64,000 bases of DNA from Callorhinchus milii (lineage: Eukaryota): positions 74,650,001 through 74,714,000 of the forward strand of contig NW_024704743.1 in NCBI RefSeq assembly GCF_018977255.1, in the 5' to 3' direction. A program made the translations under genes and the position numbers. Positions 1 to 13,553 of this stretch are shown piece by piece. How positions within the stretch are numbered: the first letter of the stretch is position 1; every line of letters begins with the position of its first letter. The notes beneath the pieces were generated by a model that was not told where the DNA came from, did not search any database, and saw nothing but the letters and a program-made list of their open reading frames with translations.

Positions 1-540
1 CGAGTAGTATAGTGTATTAGTTTAAAGTTATTTTTGAATTTCCTCTGTAGCAAGCCAATGCTCATTTCCAGCTTGTACATTTCTAAGTTCCTGTGTTAAT
101 TGCAATAGACAGTGTGAAATGAGTTCTGACCCAGAAAATAAAACAAGTAGAGATGAAAGAACACTACATCTAGAAAATATATTTGTCATCTCTGGGGATA
201 AAAATCATTTTGAGAAAGAAGCTAACATATTAAAGCTTATTCTTGACACATAATGAATTACATGCACTCTTGATATCACCTGGAGTCAGCAGCTCTGGTA
301 CAGCAGCACCTGGAGTCAAGAGTATAGCTTCCTGTTATCCTCAGGTGACCGACATCAATTCATTTAATAATTGTTAATAGTAATATTTAGTTATCTGACC
401 CAAATGGTGAAGAAATACACATTTGAATGCATGCGGGGCGGGGAGGGAGTTTTAGAAGGCAGCTTTGTTTAGTAGGTAATGTTATAATAATCCTTTCATT
501 TGATACAGCGCCTTTCATGTCAAGAAGACAAATCAAAATA

Positions 541-850
541 ATAATAATAATAATAATCCTTGCATTTGATATAGCGCTTTTCACGTCTTCTAGATGTCTC
601 AAAGCGCTTCACAGAATATACTGTAAAGTGAATTGACCATATATTCGTGGGCGAAACGCAGCAGACAATTGCGCACAGCAGTGCCCCACAAACAGTCGTT
701 GATTGAAAATGACCAATTTATTATTGTTTTGTTTTGGAGGGATTATTATTAGGCGTGTGGAGTAAGGAAACTTGCCCAAGGTTTTGGACTGCCTGGAATT
801 GAACCCAGGTATCTCGCTTGCAAGGCGAATGCTCTAACCACTGAGCTACA
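541..850 (-). mobile_element. tRNA-derived SINE (short subfamily)
   Basis: tRNA-like head with A/B boxes, CCTTGGGCAAGTTTCC core and (ATT)n tail; same family as 8311-8634. Confidence 0.85.
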
Positions 851-939
851 GTGCTTCAAAGTGCTTCACAGGGTATTCTACAAAGTGGAGTCAATGATTT
901 TGCAGGCAAATATGTCAGCCAGCAATGCAATGTCCCAGA

Positions 940-1222
940 AACAGCCATAAAGTGAATGACCAAGTTTTATTTAGTTGGCCACGGCACCGGGAGAAACTCC
1001 CTTCTCTTTTCAAATAGTGCCATGGGATTGTTAACGTCCACCTGAACAGACAAAAAAAACACAATTTAAAGTCTCATCCAGTGGACTGCATCTCCCAACA
1101 ATGCAGCGCATCCCCAGCATTGCATTGGGGTGTCAGCTTACACAAGATGAGTTCCAAGACAAGGGGCTTAAACTCACAACCTTCTAACTAGAGGCGAGAC
1201 GGCTACCAACTGAGTCAGGCCA
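940..1222 (-). mobile_element. Old Deu-domain (SacSINE1/AmnSINE1-like) SINE
   Basis: ATAGTGCCATGGGAT..TTAACGTCCACCTGAAC...TCTCATCC...TGCAGC...GTGTCAGC, recurring at ~14630-15040, ~44110-44312 and ~50500-50900. Confidence 0.6.
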
Positions 1223-1447
1223 TGATATTCCCTCAGTGTTTCTCTTGCAGTCAGACAGTGTTATTTGAGTGTTAAAGTTGAATCGGGCGAGCTCCAGTAC
1301 ATGAACGATATGAAAGAAGCCTTGTGAAGCTGTGGTAAATTCATTTGTGATGTTTGTGGTATAATGTTGAGTCCTCTACTGTGGTGCAGCCTAATCATTA
1401 GTCATACATTGAATACTTTAGTCACCTCATTTCCTTTCTTCTTCCAG

Positions 1448-1726
1448 GGTCAGGTGTGGATCAATGGGTTTAATTTGGGTCGCTACTGGCCAACCAAAGG
1501 CCCACAATTGACCTTGTACGTTCCTGCTCACATTCTTACGACATCTGTGCCGAACAACATCACGGTGCTCGAGCTGGAAAGAGCACCTTGTGGAGAAGAG
1601 CTGAACACACCTTGTGCTGTGGAATTTGTAGACACTCCAGTGCTGAATAGCACAACTACTGACAGAAACAAACTATTTCAAAAGGTTTCTTGGCTTGATA
1701 AATACCAAGGCATTGGTTTTTATTAA
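1448..1726 (+). CDS. GLB1: Beta-galactosidase, last coding exon (upstream exons outside the window)
   Basis: Polypyrimidine tract and AG acceptor (tttcctttcttcttccag, AG at 1446-1447), then [48 protein letters not shown]...SWLD, matching the final exon of vertebrate GLB1; TAA at 1724-1726. Confidence 0.9.
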   Translation, partial: GQVWINGFNLGRYWPTKGPQLTLYVPAHILTTSVPNNITVLELERAPCGEELNTPCAVEFVDTPVLNSTTTDRNKLFQKVSWLDKYQGIGFY

Positions 1727-1997
1727 AATGTTCTGTTTTCTAATTATAAATTACCTTTGTGGGTCTATGGTATGAATTGTGCATGCTTAGGAAATGGGAT
1801 TCTGCAATTCTTTTGTTTGGTGGCATAAGTAAGGGCACCTGTAAGTCCCTCTGCACTTTACATCAGTTTACAGTTTCTTTACACGACTTGCATAATAATG
1901 GGCTTAATTTATGAAACTCGCAAATTGGATGGATGGCATTAGTTGCATCTTTATGAAATTCACAACGGGTAAGTTTCAAATTGTAGGTTCCAAATGT

Positions 1998-2769
1998 TGA
2001 GTCCTGTGGCTCAGTGGTTAGAGCACTCGCCTCACAAGCGAGAGACCTGGGTTCGATTCCTGGCAGGACCAAACCTTGGGCAAATTTCCTTACTCCACAA
2101 GCCTGATAATAATCCCTCAAGAAAAAACACACAATAATAATTTGATCACTTCAATCAACAACAACAACAACAAGATTCCATTTATAAAGCGCCTTTCACG
2201 TCAGGAGGACGTCCCAAGGCGCTGCACAGTTGGGTCATGACCCGAGCAAGGGGGGAAATGGTCAGGGGAAGGGGAGGGGGAAGGAGGGGAGGGAGGGAGG
2301 GAGGGGAGGAGTAGAGAGTCGAGAGGGGAGCTGAAGGCTCGGTCAAAGAGAAAGGTTTTGAGACCGGCCTTGAAGGAGGAGAGGGAGGAGGCGGCGAAGG
2401 CACTGTGGGATAGAGTTCCAGAGCCTCGGGACTGAGAGGCTGAAGGCCCGACCACCGATGGTAGGGCGGTTGGGGCGGGGGACGTGGAGCAGACCGGAGC
2501 CGGAGGAACGGAGGGTACGGGCAGGTAGGTAGGGGGATAGTAGGTTGGAGAGGTAGGAGGGAGCAAGGCCGTGAATGGCCTTGTAGGTGAGGATGAGGAT
2601 CTTGAAATCAAATCCACGACTGTTTGTGGGAAATTGCTGTGCACAATTGGCTGCCACATTTTGCCTGCAAATAAACAGTCAATTCCCTTTACAGTATATT
2701 CTGTGAAGCGCTTTGAGACATCTCGAAGACTTGAAAAAGCGCTATATCAAATGCAAGGATTATTATTAT
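1998..2769 (+). mobile_element. tRNA-derived SINE interrupted by an antisense L2 3' fragment (~2156-2610)
   Basis: SINE head 1998-2155; L2 3' end with (GTT)n tail on the minus strand; SINE resumes at AATCCACGACTG (~2611) through to the ATT tail. Confidence 0.85.
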
Positions 2770-5700
2770 AAATTCTCAAAGACAGGAAAGTTCAAAAGAA
2801 AGGCCGGTAAGTAAAAGCACCGTCCATTTCCCAATGGCGTTCTGCTCACCAGCCTTTCTTCAGATTTTGCCAGCTTAGAATGTGACAACTGGGATTTTCG
2901 CAAAGCGAGTGTAAGGAAACTTTTACTGGCCATATAATAAAATAGTGTGCACACGATTTGCAGTGTTCCCCAGCACTGTATTGTAAATGTCAAACAATTG
3001 TTTCATTTATATGAGAATTCAGCAGTCAGTGATCATAAAAGTATTAACCACTATCACTAGACACAGCAATGGTGACAACCAGGTAGGGGGGAATAAAGCA
3101 GTCATTAGTTACCTATCCCTCGGGAGAGCAGCAAGCAGTTGTGAGGCGGTCTTCGTTGGATCTGCATCTCACTTTTACTGGCTAAAGCTCCCTCGATTAT
3201 ACCACAAAAGTCTAACTTTAGAGAGAGGCACGTAACAGAGAACTCATTGGTCCAACTGTCTAATTACGTCTGCATATGTATCAACAGTGGTCTCACCACA
3301 GTGACCCTCAGGTGTGGTGGAAGTAGCTCATGTCTTTGTTCCAGTTCTTATTTGCTGATCGATAACAAGATCTCAGTGGGGTGAGAAATTAAACCACAGG
3401 AAATAGTATTGGTGAAATAATAGAATTTGAATTTCCTGCTGGACTGTTATCTTACAGAAAAAGGAACTGGTTGCACACCCTTGACTGTCCAGACCCCTAG
3501 GAGTCCTCCCGACAAATAAGGCACTTTATAAATGCAATTTGTTGTTGTTGTTACAATCATAATTGACTCAAGGTCACCAGATGTCTTCAGGACTTTTCCA
3601 TGTAGTTAGTATTTTTATTTTAACTCTTTCCTTACACGGGTGTTGCAATTAATGCGATAAATCTGGTTTACGAATTTTTAAAATGAGAGTCCCATACATA
3701 CCAGTTTGCACATGATTGTCACATGGTTTGCATATCTCGCATAATAGATCTTTACAATTTGTTTTTCTATTTTTAATGAGAATAAATGAAATGAGAGTAT
3801 GTTTTGCTTTAGTTTTTCAAGTTATTGCTAACTTGGCGAAGGTTTCATCAGCTTAACAACTATTTTAAAGAGCAGAAAATATTTTGACAGAATTATAACA
3901 GCCAAAAATCATATCAGGTTTAAATTAATGCTCTTTCTTTAAGTTAATGCTAGCTTTTTTTTCACGGAGGGCAAAAATATCAGGGAAGGGTTAGCGATGA
4001 ATGTCGATGAAATAAGTTATACTTTGTCATTTGTACATTTTTTTATTTTTATGCTGCCATCTCTTTGTGATATCTAAATGAGAATAAAATGCTTGACTAT
4101 CATTTGTATAACTGAATAACTGAAACATGGTAAGGCAGGTATGTAACTGGGAATTGTGAGGCAGCAATGCAGATAAACACCTGGCCAGTAAAAAGATTTG
4201 GGGATGTAGCAAAATAGCTGGAAGTGTGAATAACAAAAAAAGGAGGGTGATAAAGAAGTACAAGTTAGCAGTGGTACAGACACAGTGGGCCAAATGGCTT
4301 TCAGTTGTGCTGCAAATTTCTTAGCATTTGTCTTTCTTCATTCTCACCTCCTCTATACACTGTAGGATTGGGTCACCAAGATCTGTTGGGAATTTCCTGG
4401 GGAGAATTGTTGCAAACCTTTCCAGTATATATGGGCTATGAGAAATAACGAAGCCATCTACGGACGTAGGCTATGAGATACGACCTCAGAGCTGAGTGGA
4501 GTCCCAACACGGCACATATATTTATAGCTGACTGGCTAGCAAACGCATGTTGAAGAGAATTATAGAGCTTGAGAAGACCCATTCCGTCTCAATAACTCGG
4601 AAATGTACAACAATAGCAGTTTTATATTGATATGTAACTGACCGGGAGTTGGTGGGTGGGGGGGTGAAGGTGACCAAACAGAATCAAAGAAAGAGGTTTT
4701 GAGGAAGATTTTGAAGAGGGGAGAGACTACAGGATCGAGTTCCAGAGAGCAGGAATAGCCAAACGCTCACCCACTGGTAATGACCAGAGATAATGAGGGA
4801 ACGTAAAACAGACTGGAGTTTGCTGAGGAAAAATTAAGGGTGTACAAATCATTGACATAGCCCTTGGGCTACTAACTACAAGTCTGCTCACTGTATCATA
4901 AAACACTTCTTGTTTTAGGAGGAGGTACAGGGAAGGGAACTCGATTGATAGAAAGAATGGAATTATAAGGAATATAGGAACAGGAGTAGGCCAATCAGCC
5001 CCTTGAGTCTGTTCCGCCATTCTGTTATATCATGGCTGATCTGTACCTCAACTCCAATTACCCATCTTTGCCCCATATCCTTGTGAGCTCCACAGCCCTG
5101 GAATGCTTCATGATTCATGCTTAGCCTTAAAACGGTTACAATATAAATTTACATTTATATAATGCCTTTCACATTGAGATTGTGAGTGTTCTCAATGGCA
5201 AGCTATGCAGTTTGAGTTGGACAGATTCCAGCAGTACCCCAACATGCACACTGGGATCCCCAAGCCTTGGCTCTTGCCAACCTGTGCCAAATGCTTTCAG
5301 GAAATAGGTAAGCAAGATGTTTTCCTCCAGGGAGAGAGTGCACATTCCAATTCTTTCTGGTATTTCCATGTGCAGGTAGGATAATAATAAGAGTAATAAA
5401 AATCCTTGCATTTGATATAGTGCCTTATCACGTCTTCAAGACGTCTCAAAGCGCTACAGAGAATATACTGTATTATCTTATGGGTGAAATGCAGCAGCCA
5501 ATTGATTAACAACTGGGTTCCTACTTACTGCTAGGTAAACAGAGCTATGTGTAGTAAGGAAACTTGCCCAACATTTCGGCCTGCCTGGGACTCGGCTTGT
5601 GAGCTGAGTGCTCTAACCACTAAGCTACAGGATTCCACGATGTATGGAATTTTCAGTTTGATTTGGATACTCAAGCGTGGTGATGGGTTCCCGCATGAGT

Positions 5701-6149
5701 CAGACCCCGGCTGTCCAAAATAAACATTTGAGATGGGGTTGTATTAAAAAAAATTTTTCCCCCCATGTTCTTAAGGCTAACATTATGTGGAATTTCAGAT
5801 TCTCTGTGTAATCTAGTGATGTTTGATCTGTATCATACCATTGAATCATGGACTACTTTTCAATGAGGATTGTTGATGTTTCCAGGAAAATTTGCGTCAC
5901 ACCTTTTCATATGAAGTAAGTCAGTTTCCAATTTCTGGTTTATGTTTTGGAGTGAATAAATAGATTTGCTCATTGTAAAATTTATATTTAGTAAAATTCA
6001 TGCACCACTAATTCAAGGCATGGACAGAAATCAGTAAGTACGATTTAAAAAGAAGTGTTTCGCAGCATGATGAGTGGTATGTGGAAAATGAGTAAGCCTT
6101 TCACACTATTGCGAAATTTCACTGCCATGATTGAGGAGCAAGCAGCCAA

Positions 6150-7290
6150 CTACAACAATAATAAAATTACATTTGTAAAGTGCCTTTTAAGTTGGGAGGA
6201 CATCCCAAGATGCTGGACAGACAGAGTTATGGACCCGAGCTGGGGGTTGGGGTGGGGGAAGGTGGAGGGCAGGGGGGGGAAGCAGGGAGATTGAAAGCAT
6301 GGTCGAAGAAGAGGGTCATCAGATGGGTGTTGAAGGTGCGAGGGAGGGGGTGAGGTGGAAAGACTGCGGGATAGAGTTCCAGAGGGTGGGCGCAGAGTGG
6401 CGATAGGCCTGCAAGATGGAGTGTGCAACCATGGATGGTGATGCTGTCAACGCCTGAGGTGAGGAGACGCTGACAGGAGCCAATCAGGAGGGCCTCGGTC
6501 TTGTTGGCGTTCAACTGAAGAAAGTTAGCTCTCATCCAGGACTTGATGTCTGACAGGCATGCCGTCAGGACAGCAGTGGTCCTGGAGTCAAGGGTGGAGG
6601 CAGAGAGGTAGATTTGGGGTCATCCACATACATGTGGAAGTTGATCCCATGATGTCACCCAGAGGGAGCATATTAAATATTAAAGAGAAGGGGACCAAGG
6701 ACAGAGCTCTGAGGAACGCTGTACGAGACGGTGTGGGGGCTAGAGGAGAAGCCGTTTGTGGAGATGAAGTGAAAGCGGTGTGAGGTACGATCTGAACCAG
6801 TCAAGGATAGAGCTATTGAGGTGAGAGGAGAGGTGGTGGATGAGGATAGAGTGGTCAACAGTGTCAAAAGCAGCAGAGAGATCAAGGAGGACGAGGAGGC
6901 AGAGTGAACCCTGGTCGCAGATGGACAGAATGTCATTTGTCACTTTGACCAGGGCTGTTTCTGTGCTGTGGGCAGCATGGAAACCCGATTGGAGGGGTTC
7001 GAGAATGGAGTGGCGGGAGAGGAAGGAGCGAAGCTGAGAAGCAGCAACCCGATCCAGGACCTTAGAGAGGAAGGGGAGGTTGGAGATGGGGTGGTAGTTA
7101 GGGAGTAGAGAAGAGTCCAGGGAGGGGTTTTTAAGGATAGGAATGATGACAGCGTTTTTTAATGGGATGGGAACAGAACCAGGAGCGGGAGCTGTGAAGA
7201 AGGCTGACTGAGGAGGATAGGTAATTGCGGGAGGATGCCCAGAGGGTAAGGAGTTCAGATGAAGACAACCAAGTGGTGGTAGGGCGGGGC
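6150..7290 (-). mobile_element. L2-clade LINE fragment (RT region and 3' end), degenerate
   Basis: PISNLPFLSKVL, QSGF.AAHSTETAL, LLDLSAAFDTVDH, VPQ.SVLGPLLF, LQLNANKTE. Confidence 0.9.
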
Positions 7291-7344
7291 GGCCATATAA
7301 AGATGAGTACTGATCCAAATGCAGACACACAATGGCACTCTGTT

Positions 7345-7625
7345 ATAATAATAATAATAATAATAATCCTTGCATTTGATATAGCGCTTTTCACGTCAGG
7401 AGGACGTCCCAAAGCGCTTCACAGAACACACTGTAAAGTGAATTGACTGTATATTTGTGGGCGAACGCGGCAGCCAATTGCGCACAGCAATGTCCCACAA
7501 ACAGTCGTAGATTGAAAATGACCAATTTATTATTGTTTTTGGATTTGGAGGGATTATTATTAGTCGTGTGGAGTAAGGAAACTTGCCCAAGGTTTCGCCC
7601 TGTCTGGAATTGAACTCAGGTCTTT
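7345..7625 (-). mobile_element. tRNA-derived SINE, 5'-truncated
   Basis: Near-identical to the family consensus seen at 8311 and 48142. Confidence 0.88.
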
Positions 7626-8310
7626 CATTATTTCATTGTGTTGCATGTAATTTATGTGATTTACTTCAGAGCAATTATACCATTCAGCCAGCATCAAATA
7701 AAAGCAAAGCAACAAGCAATCTCTCACAAAGAAATGCGGAGCTGTTTTTGATGCCACCTTAATTACTTACCGACATGTAATATGCTAACTGGCGCACAGA
7801 CCCTTCTCACTGGACTTTGCATTTCACTTCTCCTGGGTGATGACATTGGAATCCTGGATTTATTCTGAACCAGTTAGACCACAGTCACATGCAGTGTGAA
7901 TTACTCTAACCTTGGTGCTCTCTTTTTCACCATCTTTAGGCTCCCACCACTTGTAGACACGGAGTCCACTTCCCATGAATGACTCAACTCTCTGCCTCTA
8001 ACCTCAACTCCAGGACCACTGCTGTTTTGACCAATTCCTTGTCAGACATCAATTTAAAGGGGGAAGTATTAAGCAGGGTGCCTCAGGGTCTGTACTGGGA
8101 CCCTTCCTATTTCTCTTATATATTAATGACCTGGATTTGCAGACCAGAATAGTTAAATTTGCAGATACAACCAGCTGGGGAGAATTGTGGAGTTAGAGGA
8201 GACAGCAGTGGTCTTACAAAGATAGCTTGATAGGGTATGCACATGGGCTCATAACTAGCAGATAAAGTTTAATACAGATAAACGTAAAGATAAACAAAGT
8301 AAAGATAATG

Positions 8311-8634
8311 TGGAGTCCTGTAGCTCAGTGGTTAGAGCACTCGCTTTGCAAGCGAGAGACCCGAGTTCAATTCCAGGCAGAGGGCGAAACCTTGGGCAAG
8401 TTTCCTTACTCCACACAGAGCCTAATAATAATCCCTCCAAAACCCAAAACAATAATAAATTGGTCATTTTCAATCTACGACTGTTTGTGGGACATTGCTG
8501 TGCGCAATTGGCTGCTGTTTTCGCCCACAAATATACAGTCAATTCACTTTACAGTGTGTTCTGTGAAGCGCTTTGGGACGTCCTCCCGACGTGAAAAGCG
8601 CTATATCAAATGCAAGGATTATTATTATTATTAT
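8311..8634 (+). mobile_element. Full-length tRNA(Ala)-derived SINE
   Basis: GGAGTCCTGTAGCTCAGTGGTTAGAGCA-CTCGC-TTTGCAA-GCGAG-...GTTCAATTCC head; body; L2-like 3' end and (ATT)n tail. Confidence 0.9.
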
Positions 8635-11600
8635 AAACAGCCATCACATGTAGAGAATGACCAATTTAGTTAGAAGATTATTGCCAAGTATACCCAGAGA
8701 GACTCCTCTTTCCCAATAGTTTGATGGATCTTTGTTTTCTGGTGTGAAAGCATGCCAGAAGGTGACAAAGAATGCACTTTACAAATTGAGCTATACAACT
8801 CCCTTAAGACACAGATGTCTTCTTCAATTCATTGACACCAGAATCAGACTCCACTCAACCTTCATGCTATTGGGTATAAATATTGTCACCATTCATGCAC
8901 CAAACTCAAATTGTTGCCATTACCAAGCCAGACATAATGTCTGTATATTTCTTCAGGGAGAATCATCAAGCCCGACATCAGGAATTTGAACTCAAAGCTT
9001 CAATTCAGTGCTGGGGAACTATTGCATTGTCAGAGGTGCTGTTCTTTGGATGAGGCATTAAACTGCGGTCCCATCTGCCTATTCAAGTAGATGTTGAAGT
9101 TCCACTGGTACTATTCATGGCTGCTTGTAAGACATCGTTGTGTGCAAATTGGTTGTCACGATCGCCCACAAGATGCATACACTGAAATACACGATACTTA
9201 CAGATTATGAAAAGCTTTGGAAGTGCTTTAGACATTTTTAGGTGTTGTATCATATGCAAAGATTATTATTAAGTCATTCTACCCTTACAGTCAAAAGACT
9301 TTTCGGGAACTTTAATGAGATTAAGTTATGCTGACAATTAACAGAAGCAGACCTAATCTCTTCTGAACTGCAATTGTTTCTTTTTTAGGTATCACACACT
9401 CTTTATAAGGTTAATACATATTCATTCGCAATATATTGTGACTATATTGTATGACTCAGTTTGTAAGGTGCATTCTTTGTCACCTTTTGGCATGCTTTCA
9501 CACTGGAAAGCAAATATATATATATGTATATATATTCACAGTGTATAAAAAAAACCTTCCTCCCCCTTCCCCTGGCTTGGGCCCAGGATTCATTACTGTA
9601 AAGTGGTCTGAGACGCCGTCCGGCGTGGAGGGCGCTATATAAATCCAAAGTTGTTCTTATTGTTGTTATCTTCATCAGAAAACAGAAATATTTTGATCTG
9701 ATGTAGGCATTAGCCAAGAAACTCAAATCCAGAAATAAAAAGCACAAATACAATGAAATGGGTGAATCACCAAGTCAAAAAATATTATAAGGTCAAAAAG
9801 GAAGCATTTCTCTGCCTTAACTATTAACCTGACTTTACGTAATTGGGGTAACAGATGATGCTCTATGTAATGCTAAATAACACTATATTGGTGATTATAT
9901 GGATATAATCTATACACTGGCCTCCATCAGGATACAATCCACCAGCTACTGGAGCATGGCTGATGTAGTTTCATCTCAAACCCTATGCCTGAATTCATTC
10001 AACCTGCACCGTGGGGAATTCAGACATACAAAGGAGTAGTTTTGTGCAGCATTTCCAGGCATTTTGAGCGTGTCAATTACCCTTTGTGAGACTAGAAACA
10101 AGCAAATGTGGTTTTCACATGCAGGACTCACTTGGTCTTACTCATTGATAGACACCTGCCAAAACTCTGATCACAGGTTCCTCCTGATATCACAATACCT
10201 ACAAATTTAGCTGCTGGGTTTTTTGTCATTTTTATACTTACTTTAGTTGAATTCTTTTACAGCCTTTCTAGGAACATAACATTGGGAAATACCATTCAGT
10301 CACTTCTTTCTGTACTTCTGTGGACCAACTGTGTCAAGACATTTGATCTATAAAATTCATTGAGTTCTCCTCTTGACTGTAAGTTTGTTCTGTTCTTGCC
10401 ATGCCCAAATGATTGTCTCTCATGAGTTTTCCAGTTTAATGGGTCTGTAGTTGTCATCTTTCTAACAATATGAGAGCCGCATTTGTTTCTAGTCTCACAA
10501 ATGGTAATTGACACTCAAAATGCCTACCAGTGCTGCACAAAACGACTGCCTCGTCTGTCTAAATTCCCCAGGGCGCAGTCAATCCACCCTAGAGTATTTA
10601 CTGTTTTTCAGTCCTAAGAATTTAGCCTATTTAGGAGAATTATGTTGGGTATCAAATTTTTAGTGTTCTTACTTTGTCACTGAAAATCTTCCAAGAAGTA
10701 GTCATTTGATACATTTACGTTTATGGGTAGCCATTTCATATACAGATACTTCCTGTTTGTCTACTATTTATGCACCCCTTGAGTCTCTTTGCTAACATAA
10801 GATTTTAACTTCTTCCCTTACTATTCTCTTTTTGGAAGAATCTTTAGCATTATGTTTTGGATCCCTTTTGGATCCCTTTTCCAATTCTTTCTTGGCTAAT
10901 TGTGTTCTGTGTGTTCTGTGAAGCGCTTTGGGACGTCCTCCCGACGTAAAAAGCGCTATATCAAATGCAAGGATTATTATTATTATAATTAATTTTTATC
11001 CTATATAGATTTGTACTCAGACCGTGGGCACCTTCTCCTTACAAAGTTTGTAAATTTTCCTATTCCATAAACTTTTAATTTTCATATTGATCCATTGGAT
11101 CATTTTTGTTGTATTTGCCCTGCTGAACTTGGGTATGCTTTTATCCTTCAAACTCCACATAATGATTTTGAAGGATTCCCACTTATGCTCGACAGATTTA
11201 TAATCTATTTTCTGCATATACAGAGTCAGCCTGGCTCAGTTGATAGTCCTCTGATCTCTGAGCTAGAAGATTGTGAGTTCAAGCCCCCACATCAGCACTT
11301 GTTGCTAATAGTTTAGGCTGAAATCACAAGCAACTATTGGATGAGACATTAAACCAAGATCTCACCAGCCTGGGTATGTGGACATCAAAGATCACATTCA
11401 CAATTAGAAAGGAACTGTTCTTTCATTTTGTGACCATTTCTTGGAGATATGAATGCAGATTTGCATACAAATTCACAGGCTCTACATTGTACATAAAACT
11501 CGAAAAAGTGCTTTGAGATTTTTCAGTGAAAATTGGCACTAAATCAAATGCAACGTTTATCATTATGTATATATCTGCTAGTATGCCCCTTTGTTCTTTC

Positions 11601-12587
11601 ATTTGATCATGTGGTTTTGCTCGACCCAGGACACTACGCTTTCCAATTACAGAAAACAGGAAATGTAGCATTTCCTCAGTTTCAAATTCTGTAAGATTTG
11701 ATCTCCTATCAAACAAAGCCTCACGCTGCCTCAACTGGTCATCTATCTACTTGACAAGAATACCTGTGCCCTGCTGTGCAATAAAGTGTAAGTGATTATT
11801 CACACTTTTTTTTGTTTAAAAAATAATTAACATATTAAATATCTGTGAAATTGATCCACATTATTTGAAAGATTATTGAGTATAGAATGAATCCAGCACG
11901 GATTACTGTAATTTGCACTTTATTTAGGAGCAGCAATAATTATTGATGTCAGTGAGAGCTTCTCATTAACTGATTAACATTTGCAACTGTTGGCAGCACC
12001 GTATATCAGAAAACCGTGAAATGTTATAGCACAGAAATGTGACTACTCAACCCAACCCATCTGCGCTGCTGTTTATCACCTGATTCTCCCTTCGGGGAGG
12101 TAAGCGGGATCTCCTGGGAACTGAACTGGCTCCAATGTGAAATGATTGGTAATGGAATGTTGAAATCAGATCAACCCTCTGTTACTGTGTCGGAAATCCC
12201 TAACCCTGAGTCAGTACACTGCAGTACTCCAGGACACATCTGATAACAGCACTGCCAGGCTAGTTCAGGGATTCTTCCCACTCAGCTCCTATTAATCCTG
12301 CAAGTCAAAGCCCTAACAGGTCAGGTAGTCCCAGCTAGACAAGCAGTGTGAAGCTTGCCAGACAATCTTTCAATGGCAAGATATGCAGTTTTAGCTGGTT
12401 AGACTCCAAAATACATCAATGCAGATTGGGGTCCCTAAGCCGTGGCTCCTGCTAGCCTATATTCTCTGGAATTAGGTAAGGGAGATGGATCCCTCCAGGA
12501 AGAGAGTATGCATTCCATTCTAAAACATATGATTGTGTTGTCCATGTTATTCACAACCAGTGAGTCCTGGAGTCCAGGTTCAGTTCT

Positions 12588-12904
12588 GGAGTCCTGTAGC
12601 TCAGTGGTTAGAGCACTCGCCTTGCAAGCGAGACACCTGGGTTCAATTCCAGACAGGGCGAAACCTTGGGCAAGTTTCCTTACTCCACACGCCTAATAAT
12701 AATTCCTCCAAAACAAAACAATAATAAGTTGGTCATTTTCAATCCACGACTATTTGTGGGACACTGCTTTGCGCAATTGGCTGCCGCGTTTTGCCCACAA
12801 ATATACAGTCAATTCACTTTACAGCATATTCTGTGAAGTACTTTGAGACGTCTAGAAGATGTGAAAAGCGTTATATCTCATGCAAGGATTATTATTATTA
12901 TTAT
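12588..12904 (+). mobile_element. Full-length tRNA-derived SINE
   Basis: Same family as 8311-8634. Confidence 0.88.
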
Positions 12905-13553
12905 AAAACAGAAGGAATTTCCATGTGTAGTTAGGATGCACAGAACGCTGTCTAATTTGAATACTTTTAAGTCTAGTGTTCGGTTTCCGTATGTGTCAGA
13001 CCAAAATAAATGTTTCTCCACATGAGCCACCTAATCTAATCCCACTCTCAAGCCCCGTAATATTCTTTTCAAGCATCTATCCAATTCCTTTTTTGAAAAA
13101 AATTCAAGAATTTTTTTTCAGATTTTCACTACTCTTTGGGTCATTTTTGTTATCTTTCTCTTTCATTCCTTTTTGGAGATTCCTACATCATAAACTTGTG
13201 CCCTTGCTTGAGTGACTAGGCAACCAGTGGAAATCATCTATTACCGATTCGTCTTATCATAACCTATTCATATACTGAGGACACCTATCCGATCATTCCT
13301 TAAACTCTATTGATAAAGGTCTTAACTAATGAAGTCTCTCTCCATAATTCATCCCGGTGACCTCTTAGTCTTATAATTAATATATTTTCATGTCTTTAAA
13401 TATTTTTCATGGGGTGCCCAAATTGCACACAACACTGCAATACGTAATGTTCTGCATGATGTTTTGAAACTGCAGTAGATTTGTTGAAAAGTATTTGGAT
13501 CTTAACTCCTGGCTTACTGTTTGCTCCCAGCTTAATGCAATAGGAATTACATA

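Noticed and set aside
1364..1447. N-terminal 28 aa of the 120-aa track ORF
   Set aside because: Intronic: GLB1 similarity begins only after the polypyrimidine tract and AG at 1446-1447.
8311..8385. tRNA-Ala(TGC)-like sequence (and similar heads elsewhere)
   Set aside because: These are SINE heads, always followed by the SINE body and tail and lacking a proper acceptor stem; not tRNA genes.
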